DNA from: Mesotaenium endlicherianum
Taxonomy: Eukaryota
Assembly: GCA_009602735.1 (NCBI GenBank)
Contig: WELA01003606.1
Span: 309,980-351,178 of the forward strand
Length of the DNA: 41,199 nucleotides
Direction of reading: 5' to 3'
Part shown: positions 11,589 through 24,090 of the stretch, in pieces
How positions within the stretch are numbered: the first letter of the stretch is position 1
Layout: each line of letters starts with the position of its first letter
Translations under genes and position numbers: made by a program
The notes under the pieces: generated by a model
The model's input: only the letters and a program-made list of their open reading frames with translations
Database searches by the model: none
Told to the model about the DNA's origin: nothing

Positions 11589-11593
11589 CCCTG

Positions 11594-12094
11594 TGTAGTG
11601 ATTTGAGTTATTATATATTAGTTCGCATATATTTAATGTTTCAAATATATTTGGAGTAGTATTGTGTGGAGTCAAGTGTGAATAGGTACTCTAGTAACTT
11701 GGTTCATGTCCTTTGAACCTTCCAAGGCATTTTCGAAGTTAGAGGAAAGACCTAGAAGAACTCCATGTGGCAAAAGTCAGATGTGCCATCTTTAGGTCAA
11801 AAGGACATGTGTACATTATTCTAGAAAGAGGTGGCAAGTTTTGGGATGTGTTGGGTGCCAACACATCAACATACACCTTCCTAGAAATTACTTATGTAGC
11901 AAGTATATAAACAAGAGCTAGAACATAGAAAGACATTCCAGAATCACTCTTGTACTTGCCAAAATCCAGAAATATATTAACTTTCAAGAAGCCATCTCTC
12001 TTTCAAGAAGCTACCACTTGTGTTCAAAGATCCTTGTCTTGAATAGATAAAGTATTCTGTTTTACTAAGTACTTTATCTATCTGTTTCACTACA
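11594..12094 (+). repeat. 5' LTR of element D (501 bp)
   Basis: Terminal inverted repeat; TATATAAA near 11905; 3' part repeated at 18420-18565; followed by PBS. Confidence 0.95.
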
Positions 12095-12095
12095 G

Positions 12096-12108
12096 TGGTA
12101 TCGGAGCT
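12096..12108 (+). promoter_or_regulatory. primer-binding site of D (tRNA-iMet type)
   Basis: TGGTATCGGAGCT 1 nt after the LTR end. Confidence 0.92.
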
Positions 12109-12131
12109 AGGCACTTTGGTAGCACAAGAAG

Positions 12132-13412
12132 ATGGCCGATCCTCAAGACCAACAGCAAGCTTTCGAAGGAAGCCCTTCCTCTCCAAGACACCCTCCTCCA
12201 GCGCCGATGGGAGAGCCCACTCAAGAAAATCTGCAACAACAAGAAGCACCACAAGGAGGAGCACACCCTCCTCCAGCGTCGATGGGAGAGCCTACTCAAG
12301 GAAATCTGCAACAACAAGAAGCACCACAAGGAGGAGCACCGTCAAATCCCGTGGCAGCCGCTATAGCAAAGTTGACCCCACCACAAGGAGTTCCCGCAAA
12401 TGAGTGGGCAGCCTTCCTAATGACCGTCCACAACCAAGTGGGCTTGGCCACCTATGAAGCAACCGTGCAAGCGTCAAGAGAAGCTATGGCTGCCATGGTT
12501 GCCCCTATTGCGAGCAATGCTCAAAATCCAGCCCCGGCTCAAGCGCCTCCACAAGAGCCAACGAGAGCAAGGAAACTCATCAAGCCCGGCAAACCCGACA
12601 CTTTCAACCCCGGGAAAGGTGCCAACCTGAATTTATGGCTCTACCAAGTGGAGACGTACCTCGCGTTCCTTGAAGTACCCGAGGAGGACTACGTTCCCTT
12701 TGCCGTTACCTTACTTAGAGGAGCAGCAACATCATGGTGGCGTAACTATCAAGCGGCTATATATCAAGCTATGGCGCACCCCATGCTCGGCCAAGAGCCC
12801 CCACCATCATATGCAAGATGGGCAGATTTTCGTGAGGCCCTCAAGAAGCAATTCATGCCCATCAATGCGGAGAAGATTGCCCGAGGAAAGCTCCACCATC
12901 TCAAGCAAACGACGTCCGTTCAAGAGTATACATCCAGATTTCACGCCCTCACTCTTGAGATCCCCAACATGTCTCTCGAGGAGAAGATTGACCGTTACAT
13001 CTTTGGCCTCAAACCCAAGGTGGCAAAGGAAGTGGAGTTACGCGACTTGACGGACTTCTCAAAGATCATTGAAGTGGCCCAAAAGGTGGATACCTTGGAT
13101 TTCAAGCACTCCGTGCCTTCATCTTCACGGGTACCGACGACGCGGGTGTACGCAGCCCCTTCCACATCCGAATCTGGACCCACACCCATGGAAATCGGAG
13201 TTATTAAAAGGGACCCCGCGGCTGCCCGGAAGAGTGGAAGACCCTCCAATGACACTTATGATGCAAGAAACCAGCAAGGAGTGAAAGCAAGACTCTCCCC
13301 GGCTGAAAAAGAAGCTCTCATGACGGCTGGACTATGCTTCTATTGCAAGGAAAAGGGCCATCGTGCACTTTCATGCCCCAAAAAGTTGTCAAAAAACGGA
13401 CAGCGCCGGTAG
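12132..13412 (+). CDS. gag: Gag of element D (426 aa)
   Basis: Retrotransposon gag core ([20 protein letters not shown]), PTPMEIG, zinc knuckle [14 protein letters not shown]. Confidence 0.95.
   Translation: MADPQDQQQAFEGSPSSPRHPPPAPMGEPTQENLQQQEAPQGGAHPPPASMGEPTQGNLQQQEAPQGGAPSNPVAAAIAKLTPPQGVPANEWAAFLMTVHNQVGLATYEATVQASREAMAAMVAPIASNAQNPAPAQAPPQEPTRARKLIKPGKPDTFNPGKGANLNLWLYQVETYLAFLEVPEEDYVPFAVTLLRGAATSWWRNYQAAIYQAMAHPMLGQEPPPSYARWADFREALKKQFMPINAEKIARGKLHHLKQTTSVQEYTSRFHALTLEIPNMSLEEKIDRYIFGLKPKVAKEVELRDLTDFSKIIEVAQKVDTLDFKHSVPSSSRVPTTRVYAAPSTSESGPTPMEIGVIKRDPAAARKSGRPSNDTYDARNQQGVKARLSPAEKEALMTAGLCFYCKEKGHRALSCPKKLSKNGQRR
12189..12338 (+). repeat. 75-bp in-frame tandem duplication in gag N-terminus of D
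   Basis: [25 protein letters not shown] followed by [25 protein letters not shown]. Confidence 0.93.
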
Positions 13413-16400
13413 GCCAGGAGCCTACCACCCCAAGACCCACTTCACGAGAAGGCAACACGCCAAGTGAGGTGGAGACCCCCGTTGAAGACGACGTTCCAGC
13501 CCCAATGAGTTTGAGAGGTTACCTTGGAGGAGAGAAGGTCCACATCTTGGTGGATAGCGGAGCTCAAGGCAACTTCATTGCTGCAGATTTTGCCACCAAG
13601 CACGGTATTACTATGCGAACTCTTGACCACGACGAGGAGATTATGATGCCCGATGGATTCTCCTATACTACCCCTTCCAAGAAGACGTACCCCTTGGCAC
13701 TCTCTATCAAGTCCTTCAAGGATAGAGTAGTGTTCTCCCCCATGCAATTGGGCAAGTACGACGTCATCCTAGGGACGCCTTGGTTGACCAAGCACAACCC
13801 CCAAGTTGATTGGAGGACCGGTACTATCAAGATCAAGAATGACATCACTTCAAGAATCTGTATTTTGCGCGCAATCCAGAATATCCAGACCCAAGACATC
13901 CAGAAGCCGGCACACGAGATACTATTGTCCGCCCTCCAACTCAAGAGACTTGTGAGGAAGGGACACGAGCTTCTTTTGGCCTTGATCACGCCAAAAGACA
14001 TCAAGAAAGACATCGAGAGTCAAGAAGGCAGCCCCGTTCCCAAGGAGATACAAGAAGTCTTTGAGGACTACAAAGAAGTGTTCTCCCCGGAATTGCCCAA
14101 GGGCCTACCCCCCAAAAGATTCGTAGACCACAAGATAGAGTTGGAGCCCGGAAGCAAGCCCATCTCTCGGCCTACGTTCAAAATGTCATACACGGAGCTA
14201 GACGAAGTCAAGAAGCAAATCAAGGAGCTACTGGAGCATGGCTTCATTCGACCTAGCAAGTCGCCATTTGGAGCCCCGGTGCTATTTGTCAAGAAGAAAG
14301 ATGGTACCTTGAGGATGTGTGTGGACTATCGCGCCCTCAACAAGATCACCATCAAGAATCGATACCCGCTGCCGCGCATGGATGAGCTCATGGACCGGCT
14401 GGTTGGAGCCAAGTACTTCACGAAGATTGACTTACGGAGCGGCTACCACCAGATTCGCATCGCAGAACCGGACATAGAGAAGACGGCATTCAGGACAAGA
14501 TATGGACATTTTGAGTTCATGGTCCTGCCATTTGGACTCACCAACGCGCCAGCAACTTTCATGACTATGATGAACACCATATTTCAGCCCATGTTGGACA
14601 GATTTGTGGTGGTATTCATCGATGACATCCTTATCTACAGCAAGACCCTTGAAGAGCATGCGAGACACTTGAAAGAAGTCCTTGAAGTATTGAAGCAAAA
14701 CAAGCTGTTTGCGAAGGAGTCAAAATGCGAGTTTGCCAAACAAGAAGTGGAGTTCCTAGGTCTCCACGTGACTGCTGATGGCATCAAGATAGACCCCAAG
14801 AAGACCACGGTGGTGGAGGAATGGCCAACCCCCACGACCAAGAAAGAACTCCAGTCATTCTTGGGATTTGCCAATTGGTACAGAAAATTCATCCAAGGCT
14901 TCTCGCACATAGCAGCCCCCCTGACAGATCTACTCAAGAAGGACAGGCTATATACATGGACCGAGAAAGAGGAAGAGGCATTTCAAGAGTTAAAGCGAAG
15001 ATTGACCACATCCCCGGTGCTCACACTCCCAAGTCCAAACCCAGATTGGCCCTTCCACGTCATCACCGATGCATCTTCCTATGCAATAGGAGCAATCCTG
15101 CTTCAAGACCAAGGCAAGGGACTGCAGCCCATCGCCTACGAGTCAAGGAAGCTAAATCCAGCCGAGCAAAATTATACAACCACGGAGCGAGAGGCATTGG
15201 CGATTGTACATGCCTTGAAGGTTTGGCGCTGCTACGTTGAAGGACGCAAAGTACTGGTCACCACGGACCACGAGGCGTTAAAGCACCTCCAAACGCAGCC
15301 GTATCTCTCAAGGAGACAAGCAAGATGGAGCGGATACTTGCAACAATACAACATCACGATTCAGTACCAGCCCGGCAAGACAAACCCGGCTGACCCCCTC
15401 TCAAGACTGCAATTAAATGCAGTGATGGTATCCCTGAAGACAGATCTGGAAGCTCGATTTTCAGCCGCCTATGAAAGAGACCCTTACTACAAGAACGGAG
15501 AAGCAGCCTTGGACCCATGCAAGAAGCAAGAAGGCAATTATTGGGTGAGGCAAGATACGGGCCAGAGATGTGTTCCTAATGACTTAGACCTCCGGCTCTT
15601 GCTTCTACGAGAAGCACACGACAACCCTCTTGGAGGACACTTTGGAATCCTAAGGACCACGGGCGTTCTAGCTAGGACTTATTGTTGGCCAGGCATGTCT
15701 AAGCAAGTCAAGGAGTACTGCAGGAGCTGTGACACATGCCAAAGAATCAAGCCATCATCGCAAAAGGCGGGAGGACTCCTCCAACCACTACCAATCCCCG
15801 AAAGACAATGGACGGACATCTCAATGGACCTTATCGTGGACTTGCCCGTGACACCTCGAGGCCATAATGCAATACTCACGGTGGTGGACAGACTTACCAA
15901 GATGGCTCATTTTATTCCCACGACGACTAAGGCTACAGCACCACAACTTGCAAGACTCATCTTTGACAACATCTTCCGACTCCATGGACTACCATCAAGA
16001 ATTGTGTCAGATAGAGATCCAAGATTCACAAGCCATTTCTGGAAAAATCTCTTCAAGAACTTGGGTACATCGCTGGATATGTCTACTGCCTACCACCCAC
16101 AATCAGATGGGCAAACCGAGCGTATGAATCGTACCCTAAAGACCTCTCTAAAGGCCTACGTGTCTACCCTCGAGCAAGACTGGGACATGTACTTGACCCC
16201 CCTCGAGTTTGCCTACAACAACACTACGCAGGCCTCTACCCAAGAGTCCCCATTCTTCCTCAACTATGGCTTCCATCCGACCACGCCACTGAGCTTCACG
16301 GCTGGCCATGATGAAGTACCTGCAGCCACAGATTTTATGGAGACATTAGAAGCAGCCCTTACAGCAGCGAAGAAAGCTCTACAACACGCGCAAGATGCTC

Positions 16401-16999
16401 AAGCAAGAGTGGCGAACAGATCCAGAAGAGAAATTACGTACAGAGTGGGTGACAACGTGTTACTATCATCCAAGAACATTTCCCTGAACAACAGGCCTGC
16501 CGGCAGCAAGTTCTCTCCCAAGTATTTGGGACCCTTCAAGATTATCCAGCAAGTCAACCCCGTTGCTTTCAAGCTAGAACTTCCCCAGACTATGCACATC
16601 GACCCCGTATTCCACGCTTCCCTCTTCAAGCCATATGTGCAACCCGACAACAAGTTCCCAGGACGTGTGACAACCCCACCAGCCCCAACAATAGTGGATG
16701 ATCATTTGGAGTACGAAGTGGAAGACATAGTGGCTATGAGAAATTTCAGGAGACAGCAGCAATACTTGATCAAGTGGAAAGGATATCCAGATTCGGAGAA
16801 TAGTTGGGTGGCGGCGCACTACCTTGACAAAGTTCAGAGAAAGTTGAAGCGCTTCCATGCCGCCAACCCCCATCTTGGACCAGCCCCAAGTCTCTCTACT
16901 AGAAGCCCGAAGACTTCAGGGAGGCAGCCTGCCACCATCAAGAAGCAGCAGAAGACCCCTTGGAGGCAGCCTGCAAGAACAAGAAAGAGGAAAAATTGA
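13391..16999 (+). CDS. pol: Pol of element D (PR-RT-RH-IN-chromodomain), probably by -1 frameshift from gag
   Basis: LVDSGA, FIDD, TDAS, HHCC/DDE integrase, YLIKWKGY; uninterrupted ORF in the -1 frame; slippery A-AAA-AAC at 13391-13397. Confidence 0.95.
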   Translation, partial: KKRTAPVGQEPTTPRPTSREGNTPSEVETPVEDDVPAPMSLRGYLGGEKVHILVDSGAQGNFIAADFATKHGITMRTLDHDEEIMMPDGFSYTTPSKKTYPLALSIKSFKDRVVFSPMQLGKYDVILGTPWLTKHNPQVDWRTGTIKIKNDITSRICILRAIQNIQTQDIQKPAHEILLSALQLKRLVRKGHELLLALITPKDIKKDIESQEGSPVPKEIQEVFEDYKEVFSPELPKGLPPKRFVDHKIELEPGSKPISRPTFKMSYTELDEVKKQIKELLEHGFIRPSKSPFGAPVLFVKKKDGTLRMCVDYRALNKITIKNRYPLPRMDELMDRLVGAKYFTKIDLRSGYHQIRIAEPDIEKTAFRTRYGHFEFMVLPFGLTNAPATFMTMMNTIFQPMLDRFVVVFIDDILIYSKTLEEHARHLKEVLEVLKQNKLFAKESKCEFAKQEVEFLGLHVTADGIKIDPKKTTVVEEWPTPTTKKELQSFLGFANWYRKFIQGFSHIAAPLTDLLKKDRLYTWTEKEEEAFQELKRRLTTSPVLTLPSPNPDWPFHVITDASSYAIGAILLQDQGKGLQPIAYESRKLNPAEQNYTTTEREALAIVHALKVWRCYVEGRKVLVTTDHEALKHLQTQPYLSRRQARWSGYLQQYNITIQYQPGKTNPADPLSRLQLNAVMVSLKTDLEARFSAAYERDPYYKNGEAALDPCKKQEGNYWVRQDTGQRCVPNDLDLRLLLLREAHDNPLGGHFGILRTTGVLARTYCWPGMSKQVKEYCRSCDTCQRIKPSSQKAGGLLQPLPIPERQWTDISMDLIVDLPVTPRGHNAILTVVDRLTKMAHFIPTTTKATAPQLARLIFDNIFRLHGLPSRIVSDRDPRFTSHFWKNLFKNLGTSLDMSTAYHPQSDGQTERMNRTLKTSLKAYVSTLEQDWDMYLTPLEFAYNNTTQASTQESPFFLNYGFHPTTPLSFTAGHDEVPAATDFMETLEAALTAAKKALQHAQDAQARVANRSRREITYRVGDNVLLSSKNISLNNRPAGSKFSPKYLGPFKIIQQVNPVAFKLELPQTMHIDPVFHASLFKPYVQPDNKFPGRVTTPPAPTIVDDHLEYEVEDIVAMRNFRRQQQYLIKWKGYPDSENSWVAAHYLDKVQRKLKRFHAANPHLGPAPSLSTRSPKTSGRQPATIKKQQKTPWRQPARTRKRKN

Positions 17000-17652
17000 C
17001 ATTAGACACTCTTCTCTTCTCGCAGTTTCTGGACAGAAAACTAAAACTGCTACTGGTAATAGGTCTCTGCATAATAAATTCTGAAAATTTACCTGGCTGT
17101 AGTCCATGAGTAGCCGGTCATTTAGAGTCCAAGTTTGCTCAATTTGGAGCACTGGTGAGAGAGATATGATGCTCTAAGTAGAAGGGGGTCAGGCTGCTGG
17201 CATTGTTAGGGCAGAATATGCCTTCTGACATTGTGCCCTCCCCTGAACTTGGAATGCTCTGAAACTCAAGACTCTGGTAGAACATCTTACAGCGCCTAGT
17301 TTGAGACTTAGTTTGCAGCATTTTGAGAAATATAGAAGGACTTAAGATTTTCAGAAGTTTCTGCACAGATTTGGAGGAGTGCCTACTCTCTCAATTCTCA
17401 ACGACACTCCAGAAATTAGAATGCTCTCAAATTTGGTGACCCGGTAAAGTTCTCCGACGCAGTCCGTTTGGCACTCGAATTTTTAGATTTGGTAATGTTC
17501 TGTGGCCGCTATGAATTTTTGAATTTGTGGCAGATTCTGGGCCAACTTGTACAATTTTCTTTATCATTAAGGAGTAGGCTAGCCAATAAGGTCACACCAC
17601 CTACGACCTTGCCTAGTCTACCTTACATGTGTAGCACCTGACTTGGCGCCTT

Positions 17653-18419
17653 NNNNNNNNNNNNNNNNNNNNNNNNNNNNNNNNNNNNNNNNNNNNNNNN
17701 NNNNNNNNNNNNNNNNNNNNNNNNNNNNNNNNNNNNNNNNNNNNNNNNNNNNNNNNNNNNNNNNNNNNNNNNNNNNNNNNNNNNNNNNNNNNNNNNNNNN
17801 NNNNNNNNNNNNNNNNNNNNNNNNNNNNNNNNNNNNNNNNNNNNNNNNNNNNNNNNNNNNNNNNNNNNNNNNNNNNNNNNNNNNNNNNNNNNNNNNNNNN
17901 NNNNNNNNNNNNNNNNNNNNNNNNNNNNNNNNNNNNNNNNNNNNNNNNNNNNNNNNNNNNNNNNNNNNNNNNNNNNNNNNNNNNNNNNNNNNNNNNNNNN
18001 NNNNNNNNNNNNNNNNNNNNNNNNNNNNNNNNNNNNNNNNNNNNNNNNNNNNNNNNNNNNNNNNNNNNNNNNNNNNNNNNNNNNNNNNNNNNNNNNNNNN
18101 NNNNNNNNNNNNNNNNNNNNNNNNNNNNNNNNNNNNNNNNNNNNNNNNNNNNNNNNNNNNNNNNNNNNNNNNNNNNNNNNNNNNNNNNNNNNNNNNNNNN
18201 NNNNNNNNNNNNNNNNNNNNNNNNNNNNNNNNNNNNNNNNNNNNNNNNNNNNNNNNNNNNNNNNNNNNNNNNNNNNNNNNNNNNNNNNNNNNNNNNNNNN
18301 NNNNNNNNNNNNNNNNNNNNNNNNNNNNNNNNNNNNNNNNNNNNNNNNNNNNNNNNNNNNNNNNNNNNNNNNNNNNNNNNNNNNNNNNNNNNNNNNNNNN
18401 NNNNNNNNNNNNNNNNNNN
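17653..18419. other. assembly gap covering the PPT and most of the 3' LTR of D
   Basis: 767 N. Confidence 0.99.
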
Positions 18420-18565
18420 CTTGTATTTGCCAAAATCCAGAAATATATTAACTTTCAAGAAGCCATCTCTCTTTCAAGAAGCTACCACTTGTGTTCAAAG
18501 ATCCTTGTCTTGAATAGATAAAGTATTCTGTTTTACTAAGTACTTTATCTATCTGTTTCACTACA
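18420..18565 (+). repeat. visible end of the 3' LTR of D
   Basis: Matches 11949-12094. Confidence 0.95.
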
Positions 18566-19890
18566 CCCTGCTTGGGCAGGTGGGCTGGGGGAGAGAGCGC
18601 GGGGTCCAGTTGTCGCCACAACGGGGATCACATTCCAAATACCTGATCGTGGTTCTTTAGGAAGCGCCCCTGCCTGTCCCTGGGTATCCTGAGTACCTGG
18701 TGCTAATGCTTCTCCTCTGCCTTGTTCTTCTTCCTCATCCTCCTCATCCTCCTCCTCGGAGAGAGTAGGGGTCTCTTCCACTAAGTCGTCCTGCTCCCTA
18801 GTAGACATGGAGTAGTCTACCGACCTCCCTTTCTTAGGGCGCGTTGGAGGTTGCTTGGCCTTCAGCCTGCTGATATCTATCCGGCCTGCATTCTTTGCCC
18901 ATTTGACAAAGGCATGCTTTCCCTTAGAGAAGTAGTCTCTTCCCCTCCTCCTATGCTCCTTGGTCTCTGCATTCATATTGCTCAGGCATCCATTCAGCCT
19001 GGGGTCCCAAGGGGCAATGTGAGGTGGTAGGATGAGATAGCCGTCTAGGCCATAGTGGAAGTCATCCGGTTGGGCTCGGTCACACTCCTGCTTCTTATTT
19101 GTGACGGTCATCCACCTCCAGTCTGTTGGCTGCTGGTAGTACTGGGGTCCGTGCTCAGCCTTCCTCAGTTTACACGGGAACCAGTGGGGAGAGAACATCT
19201 GCTGTCCTGCTTCCCTGGCCAAGTACTCCCAGCTCCTTCTCTCTACTTCATTGTAAGCTGGCAGTAGTGTGAGGTAGAATACCGTATCCTTAAAGCTATC
19301 GGGCCGCATGCTCACCATCCGGATGAGTCTCTGATCTCCCACTATTCCCGGTATGGGGACCGGCTTGTCCTCTGAATCATCTGCGAGATATCGGGCCTGC
19401 TCTGCTGTATAGCCCACCATCTTGGCATAATCTTCGTAGAGGACCACACCNAGTGTGCCTCGATGTACCTATCCAATGCTGCAGCTCCTTCCCGCTGTAG
19501 CAGCGTTGTCTGTTCCAGCCAATTGATCTCCTGGGCTGCCAGCAATGCTTCTTTCAGGTTATCGAAGTTTTGGCCACCCACCACAGTATACCTGTAAGTG
19601 GCTAAGCTCTTCTGTCTGTCCGCTTCAATCTTTTTCCTCTTCTCCTCCTCTGCCGCTGCCGCTTCTTCTTGCTGTTTCTTCTGCCTCTCCTCCTCAGCTT
19701 TCCTGAGGTTTTCCGCTTCCTGATCCTTCTTCCTCTGTGCCTCTTCTGCCGCCTCTTGTTGTTTGCGGACCCTTTCTTGTTCTCTCCTGGTGAGGGACGT
19801 CGCCGCCAGCTCCTTCTGGTATTGCTCCATTGTCCTCCTGGCTTCTTCTGCCTTGCGCTTTCTGTCCTCCTTTTGTGTGGTGGGCGCCAT
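18566..19890 (-). pseudogene. accessory ORF3 of element B, N-terminal and core part
   Basis: MAPTTQKEDRKRK... coiled-coil, YRYTVVGG, MVGYT...DSFKD...YNEVERRSWEYLARE...PTDWRWMT...LPPHIAPWDPRL, acidic tract; the only break coincides with an N at 19451; cut by D. Confidence 0.88.
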
Positions 19891-20280
19891 CCTGCACATG
19901 TAACCAGGGCACAAGTTAGTAGGATATGGACCTTTGTCATAGGGATTGCAGGAAGTATGTTAGTACTAGTATAATGGATTCACTGCTGTTTACCTTACAG
20001 GACGATTGCTAAAAGTTGACGTAGTAGCGATGCGTTAAACATAAACGTATGATGATGTTTTAGGGTGAGTTAAGTGATGTAGTGTTGTGCGAGGCCCTTT
20101 TTCCTTCAGCTCAAGGTGCTTTATGTGGGCCAGGCTGTCCCCTCTGTCACTATGCTGACACTTATGATTCACGTAACTGTCCTTTTATCGCTCTTGCTCA
20201 CTAACTGTCATATATTTTCCCCTCCAACTTATATGGAGACAGGACCGCCTGTCACCTTCCCGTGTCAACTGAAATGACAG

Positions 20281-23200
20281 TTATGGAGGGGCTCCAGCCG
20301 CCCGAAGGTGGAACCGTTTCAACGCCCCTTAGGCATTGGTCAGCTGGTCTTTAAATTCCCAAGTGTCCCCAAAGGCATCGTAACCCTTCCATCGGATGAG
20401 GTACTTCATGACATATTTAGACGATCGACGGACCGAGCGGGCGTCTAAAACCTCATCGACCTCATATTCCTCAGGGTCGCCGTCTCGGACAGCGGGGACC
20501 GGTCCCGGTTGGACAGGGAACCGACCTGTGAACAGTGTATCACCTTTGATGTATGGTTCCAGGAAGGAGACATTAAAGACCGGGTGCCCCTTGTATTCAG
20601 CTGACATGTTCAGTTTGTAAGCATTCTGACCGACACGACGGACCACCGAATATGGACCGACCCAGACAGGGCCAAGCTTTTTCTTGACCACACCAGGGAG
20701 GTACAGGTGCTGAGAATGCAGTTTGACTAAATCCCCCTTGGAAAATGTCAGTTCCCGACGGTGTTGATTAGCGTATTTTTGTTGGTTTTCTTGGGCCGTG
20801 TGCAAGTTTCGTTGGACTTCTGACAGGGTGTCAGCAAACTCCTGAGTTAACTGGAGGGAGACCGGGTTGTCAATCCCTTCAGGGTGAGTTAAAGATTCCC
20901 CTAGCACATCTAGAGGAGACTTAGGGACTCTACCCAGGCTGAGTTCAAAAGGAGTTTTGCCCGTTGACGCGTGCACCGCACTGTTGACCGCAAACTGAAT
21001 TTGAGGCAACAGGTCATCCCAATTATCTTGTTTTTGGTTAATATATGCTCTCAGCACCTCCTGCAGAACTCGGTTAGTTCTTTCAGTCTGCCCATCAGTC
21101 TGAGGGTGGTTTGCTGTGCTGAGCAGCTGTTTGACTCCCATTAACCCCATTAAAGCTCTCCAGAACTTAGAGGTGAATTTTGAGTCTCTGTCTGAGATGA
21201 TATTAGAAGGGAGCCCATGTTGGCATACTACATGGTTGTAAAACTGTCTCGCTGTTTCGAGTGCAGTCACTTTGACAGTTGTGGGGATAAAAATGACCAT
21301 TTTTGTCAGTTTATCCACGACTACCAGTATTGAATCATGCCCGTTGGCAGTTCTTGGTAGTGAGACCACCCAGTCCATGGATATAGTTTCCCAGCGTCCC
21401 GCTGGGATGGGTAGCGGTTGCAAGAGACCTCCGGGTGGTGTGTGCCGAGACTTATTTCTCTGACACTGGTCACAGGACTTGACATATTTCAAGACCTCCC
21501 GGGGTAACCCCTCCCAATGATAATGTTTTGCCAGTTTGCCAACAGTTTTGGCCTGCCCCAAATGTCCACCCAGGAGACTGTCATGAGCTTGACTCAGTAA
21601 GAGAGACCTTATTTCCAAGTTATTAGGAATGACCAGCTTCAGCCTGCCTGAAGTGGTTTCAGTCACCCAGACCCCTCCCTTGAGCTTATACCCGAGTGCA
21701 GTAGCACGACACACACCAGTAGTGGGGCTGGGCTCAAATGTTGGGTCAGAAAGGTAGGCTTTCCTAAGTTGTTCAAGGAAGGACTTTTTCACCTTTAGTG
21801 AAGTGAGTGCACACAGGACTTTATCTACAGTATGCTGACTAAAGTTCCTTTCTTGCAAGTCAGGTCTTCTAGAGAGTGCATCAGCAGGATTCAACTTCCC
21901 TGGTTTGTAGTCGATCTGGACTTGGAACTGCTCCAGCATCTGGCTCCAGCGGTTCTCCCTCCTCGACAGCTTGGACTTCTTCTGAAAGTGGGTCAGAGCT
22001 AGATGATCTGTAATCACCTTAAAAGCTTTACCATGTAAGTATGCTCTCCACTGTTTGAGTACATGAATGATAGCTAGCAGCTCTTTATCATGCACTGAGT
22101 AATTAATCTCCGCTGGATTAAATTTCATAGACTCATACAACACAGGATGCCACTCCTGCCGTACCTTACCATCCTTTGTGGTTTTGTCAGCAGGCTGCAA
22201 CAAAATAGCACCCATGGCAAAATCAGAGGCATCAGTAACCACCTGCACCGGTTTGCTGGGGTCATACACGGCTAGCACTGGGGCAGAACAAAGGGCATCT
22301 TTAAGGGTCTGGAAGGCAGCCTGCTGCTCTTCCCCCCACACATACCCGATGTCTTTCTTAGTAAGGTCAGTCAGTTTACTGGCCTTTGTGGAATAATTCT
22401 CAATAAATCTCCTATAGTAGTTAGCCAACCCGAGGAAGGATCTAACTTCAGAGACAGACTGTGGTACTGGCCAGTCCCTTATGGTCTGGACTTTCTTAGG
22501 ATCCACACTGATGCCCTCTTTACTGACAACGTGGCCTAAGAATTCAATACTTTCCTTAAAGAAATCACACTTGCTCATTTTAGCATACAAGTGATTTTTC
22601 CGCAGAGTGTCCAGCACTTTCTTTAAGTGTTCAGTGTGCTGAGCTTCATCTTTAGAGAAAATTAAAATATCATCCAGGAAAACTTGCACAAACTTATCCA
22701 AATAAGGTCTGAAAATGTCATTCATAGCACCCATAAAGGTAGCAGGAGCATTAGTCAGTCCAAATGGCATCACGTTGAACTCATAGTGTCCATAACGTGT
22801 GCGGAAAGCAGTCTTGTGTTCATCCCCCTCAGCAATTCTGATTTGATGATAACCACTCTTGAGATCTATCTTACTGAACACCTTAGCGCCAGACAGGGTA
22901 TCAAGCAAGTCCTCGATTCTGGGTAAAGCATACTTGTTCTTTACTGTAATTCTGTTCAGGGCTCTGTAATCCACACACATCCGCATACTGCCATCCTTTT
23001 TCTTAACAAATAGGATAGGTGCGCCGTACGGTGATTTACTGGGAGAAATGTAACCATTTTCCTCCAGCTCTGCAATCTGTGTTTTCAACTCCTCGCTCTC
23101 CAAATAAGACAAGCCATAAGTGCGTTGCCAGGGTGGCTGGCTACCAGGTAATAGATCAATCCTATGATCTACTTCCCTTTTAGGGGGTAGTCCTGGAGGC

Positions 23201-24090
23201 ATGTTAAACACATCAGTGTACTGAGCAACAATTTTTGCAGCAGTAGGGTGCTCCGGAGGGCTTACCTTTTTCTCAACCACTTCTTCAGGTTGAGGAGGTA
23301 CCTCTCTTAGCAGCAGACAGAACATTCTGTCTTCCTTCTGGTTCCAGCTTTTGACGAACTCCATTGCATTCAGCAACTTGCATCCTTCTGGAAGCCTCTT
23401 CTTTTCCTTCATTTGCCATCCACACAGGACAAGAGGAAGAGCACTGGTGGGTGCCAAGTCAGTCTGCCCATCACTGGCTCCTCTCACTTTAACTGTACCT
23501 CTGCTCCAACACACTTCAGCTTGATGTCTATTAAGCCAGGACCTGCCTAGCACGAGATCATAAAAGCCAGTGTTGAGTACCTCAAATGTAAGCGTTTCAG
23601 TTAGAACTGCAATGCCAGAACCTAACTGGACCTCAATAGGCTTGGTTATAACTCCTCCCGGGATACTTGAGGCATCTCCAAGGAATATTTTTCTATTCCC
23701 TTGGGTGACAGTAGGCAGCCTTAGCCGCTTAACTAAGTCCTTGTGAATAAAAGTATGTGACGCCCCTCCGTCAACAAATGCCCTCACCTTCCTACCTGCA
23801 ATCATGCAATGCAGTAGGATAGGGGGGACTGTCTTTTCCTGACTTTCGCATTGTTCTCCTGACGTAGCAAAGAAATGTTGGACATCAGGTGGAACAAGAG
23901 CATCCAGAGTGTGCACTCTCTGGACGTCTATATTACTGATGGTCTCCTTTATCTGTTTGTCAGGCATGCATAGTGAATCCAGTTCAGCAGGACCCATAAT
24001 ACCTGCTACGAGGGCAGCTAGTGACGACTCACTATCTCTAGCATCCTCACAGTCAGTAGACTGGATTACTGACTGTTGCTGTCTTTTAAA
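20281..24090 (-). CDS. pol: Pol of element B (PR-RT-RH-IN-chromodomain), -1 frameshift product; premature stop 16 codons before the end
   Basis: FVDGGA, FLDD, TDAS, HHCC/DDE integrase, EYEVDEV...YLIRWKGY; frame open from the slippery site to TAA at 20331-20329, where A has AAA. Confidence 0.94.
24049..24090 (-). promoter_or_regulatory. -1 ribosomal frameshift signal of B
   Basis: T-TTA-AAA heptamer in the gag frame (24090-24084), 7-nt spacer, perfect 10-bp stem ACAGTCAGTA/TACTGACTGT (24076-24049). Confidence 0.82.

Larger units (their letters stand above)
11594..18565 (+). mobile_element. Ty3/gypsy chromovirus 'D', young, coding-intact
   Basis: TGTAGTGA...TCACTACA ends; perfect TSD CCCTG (11589-11593, 18566-18570); intact gag and pol; 1 mismatch in the 146 visible bases of the 3' LTR. 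Confidence 0.97.

Noticed and set aside
17613..18521. Long ORFs spanning the gap
   Set aside because: Made of N.
23755..23781. Protease active site DGG in B instead of DSG/DTG
   Set aside because: Catalytic Asp retained; such variants occur in Ty3/gypsy proteases, and there is no second copy here to compare.
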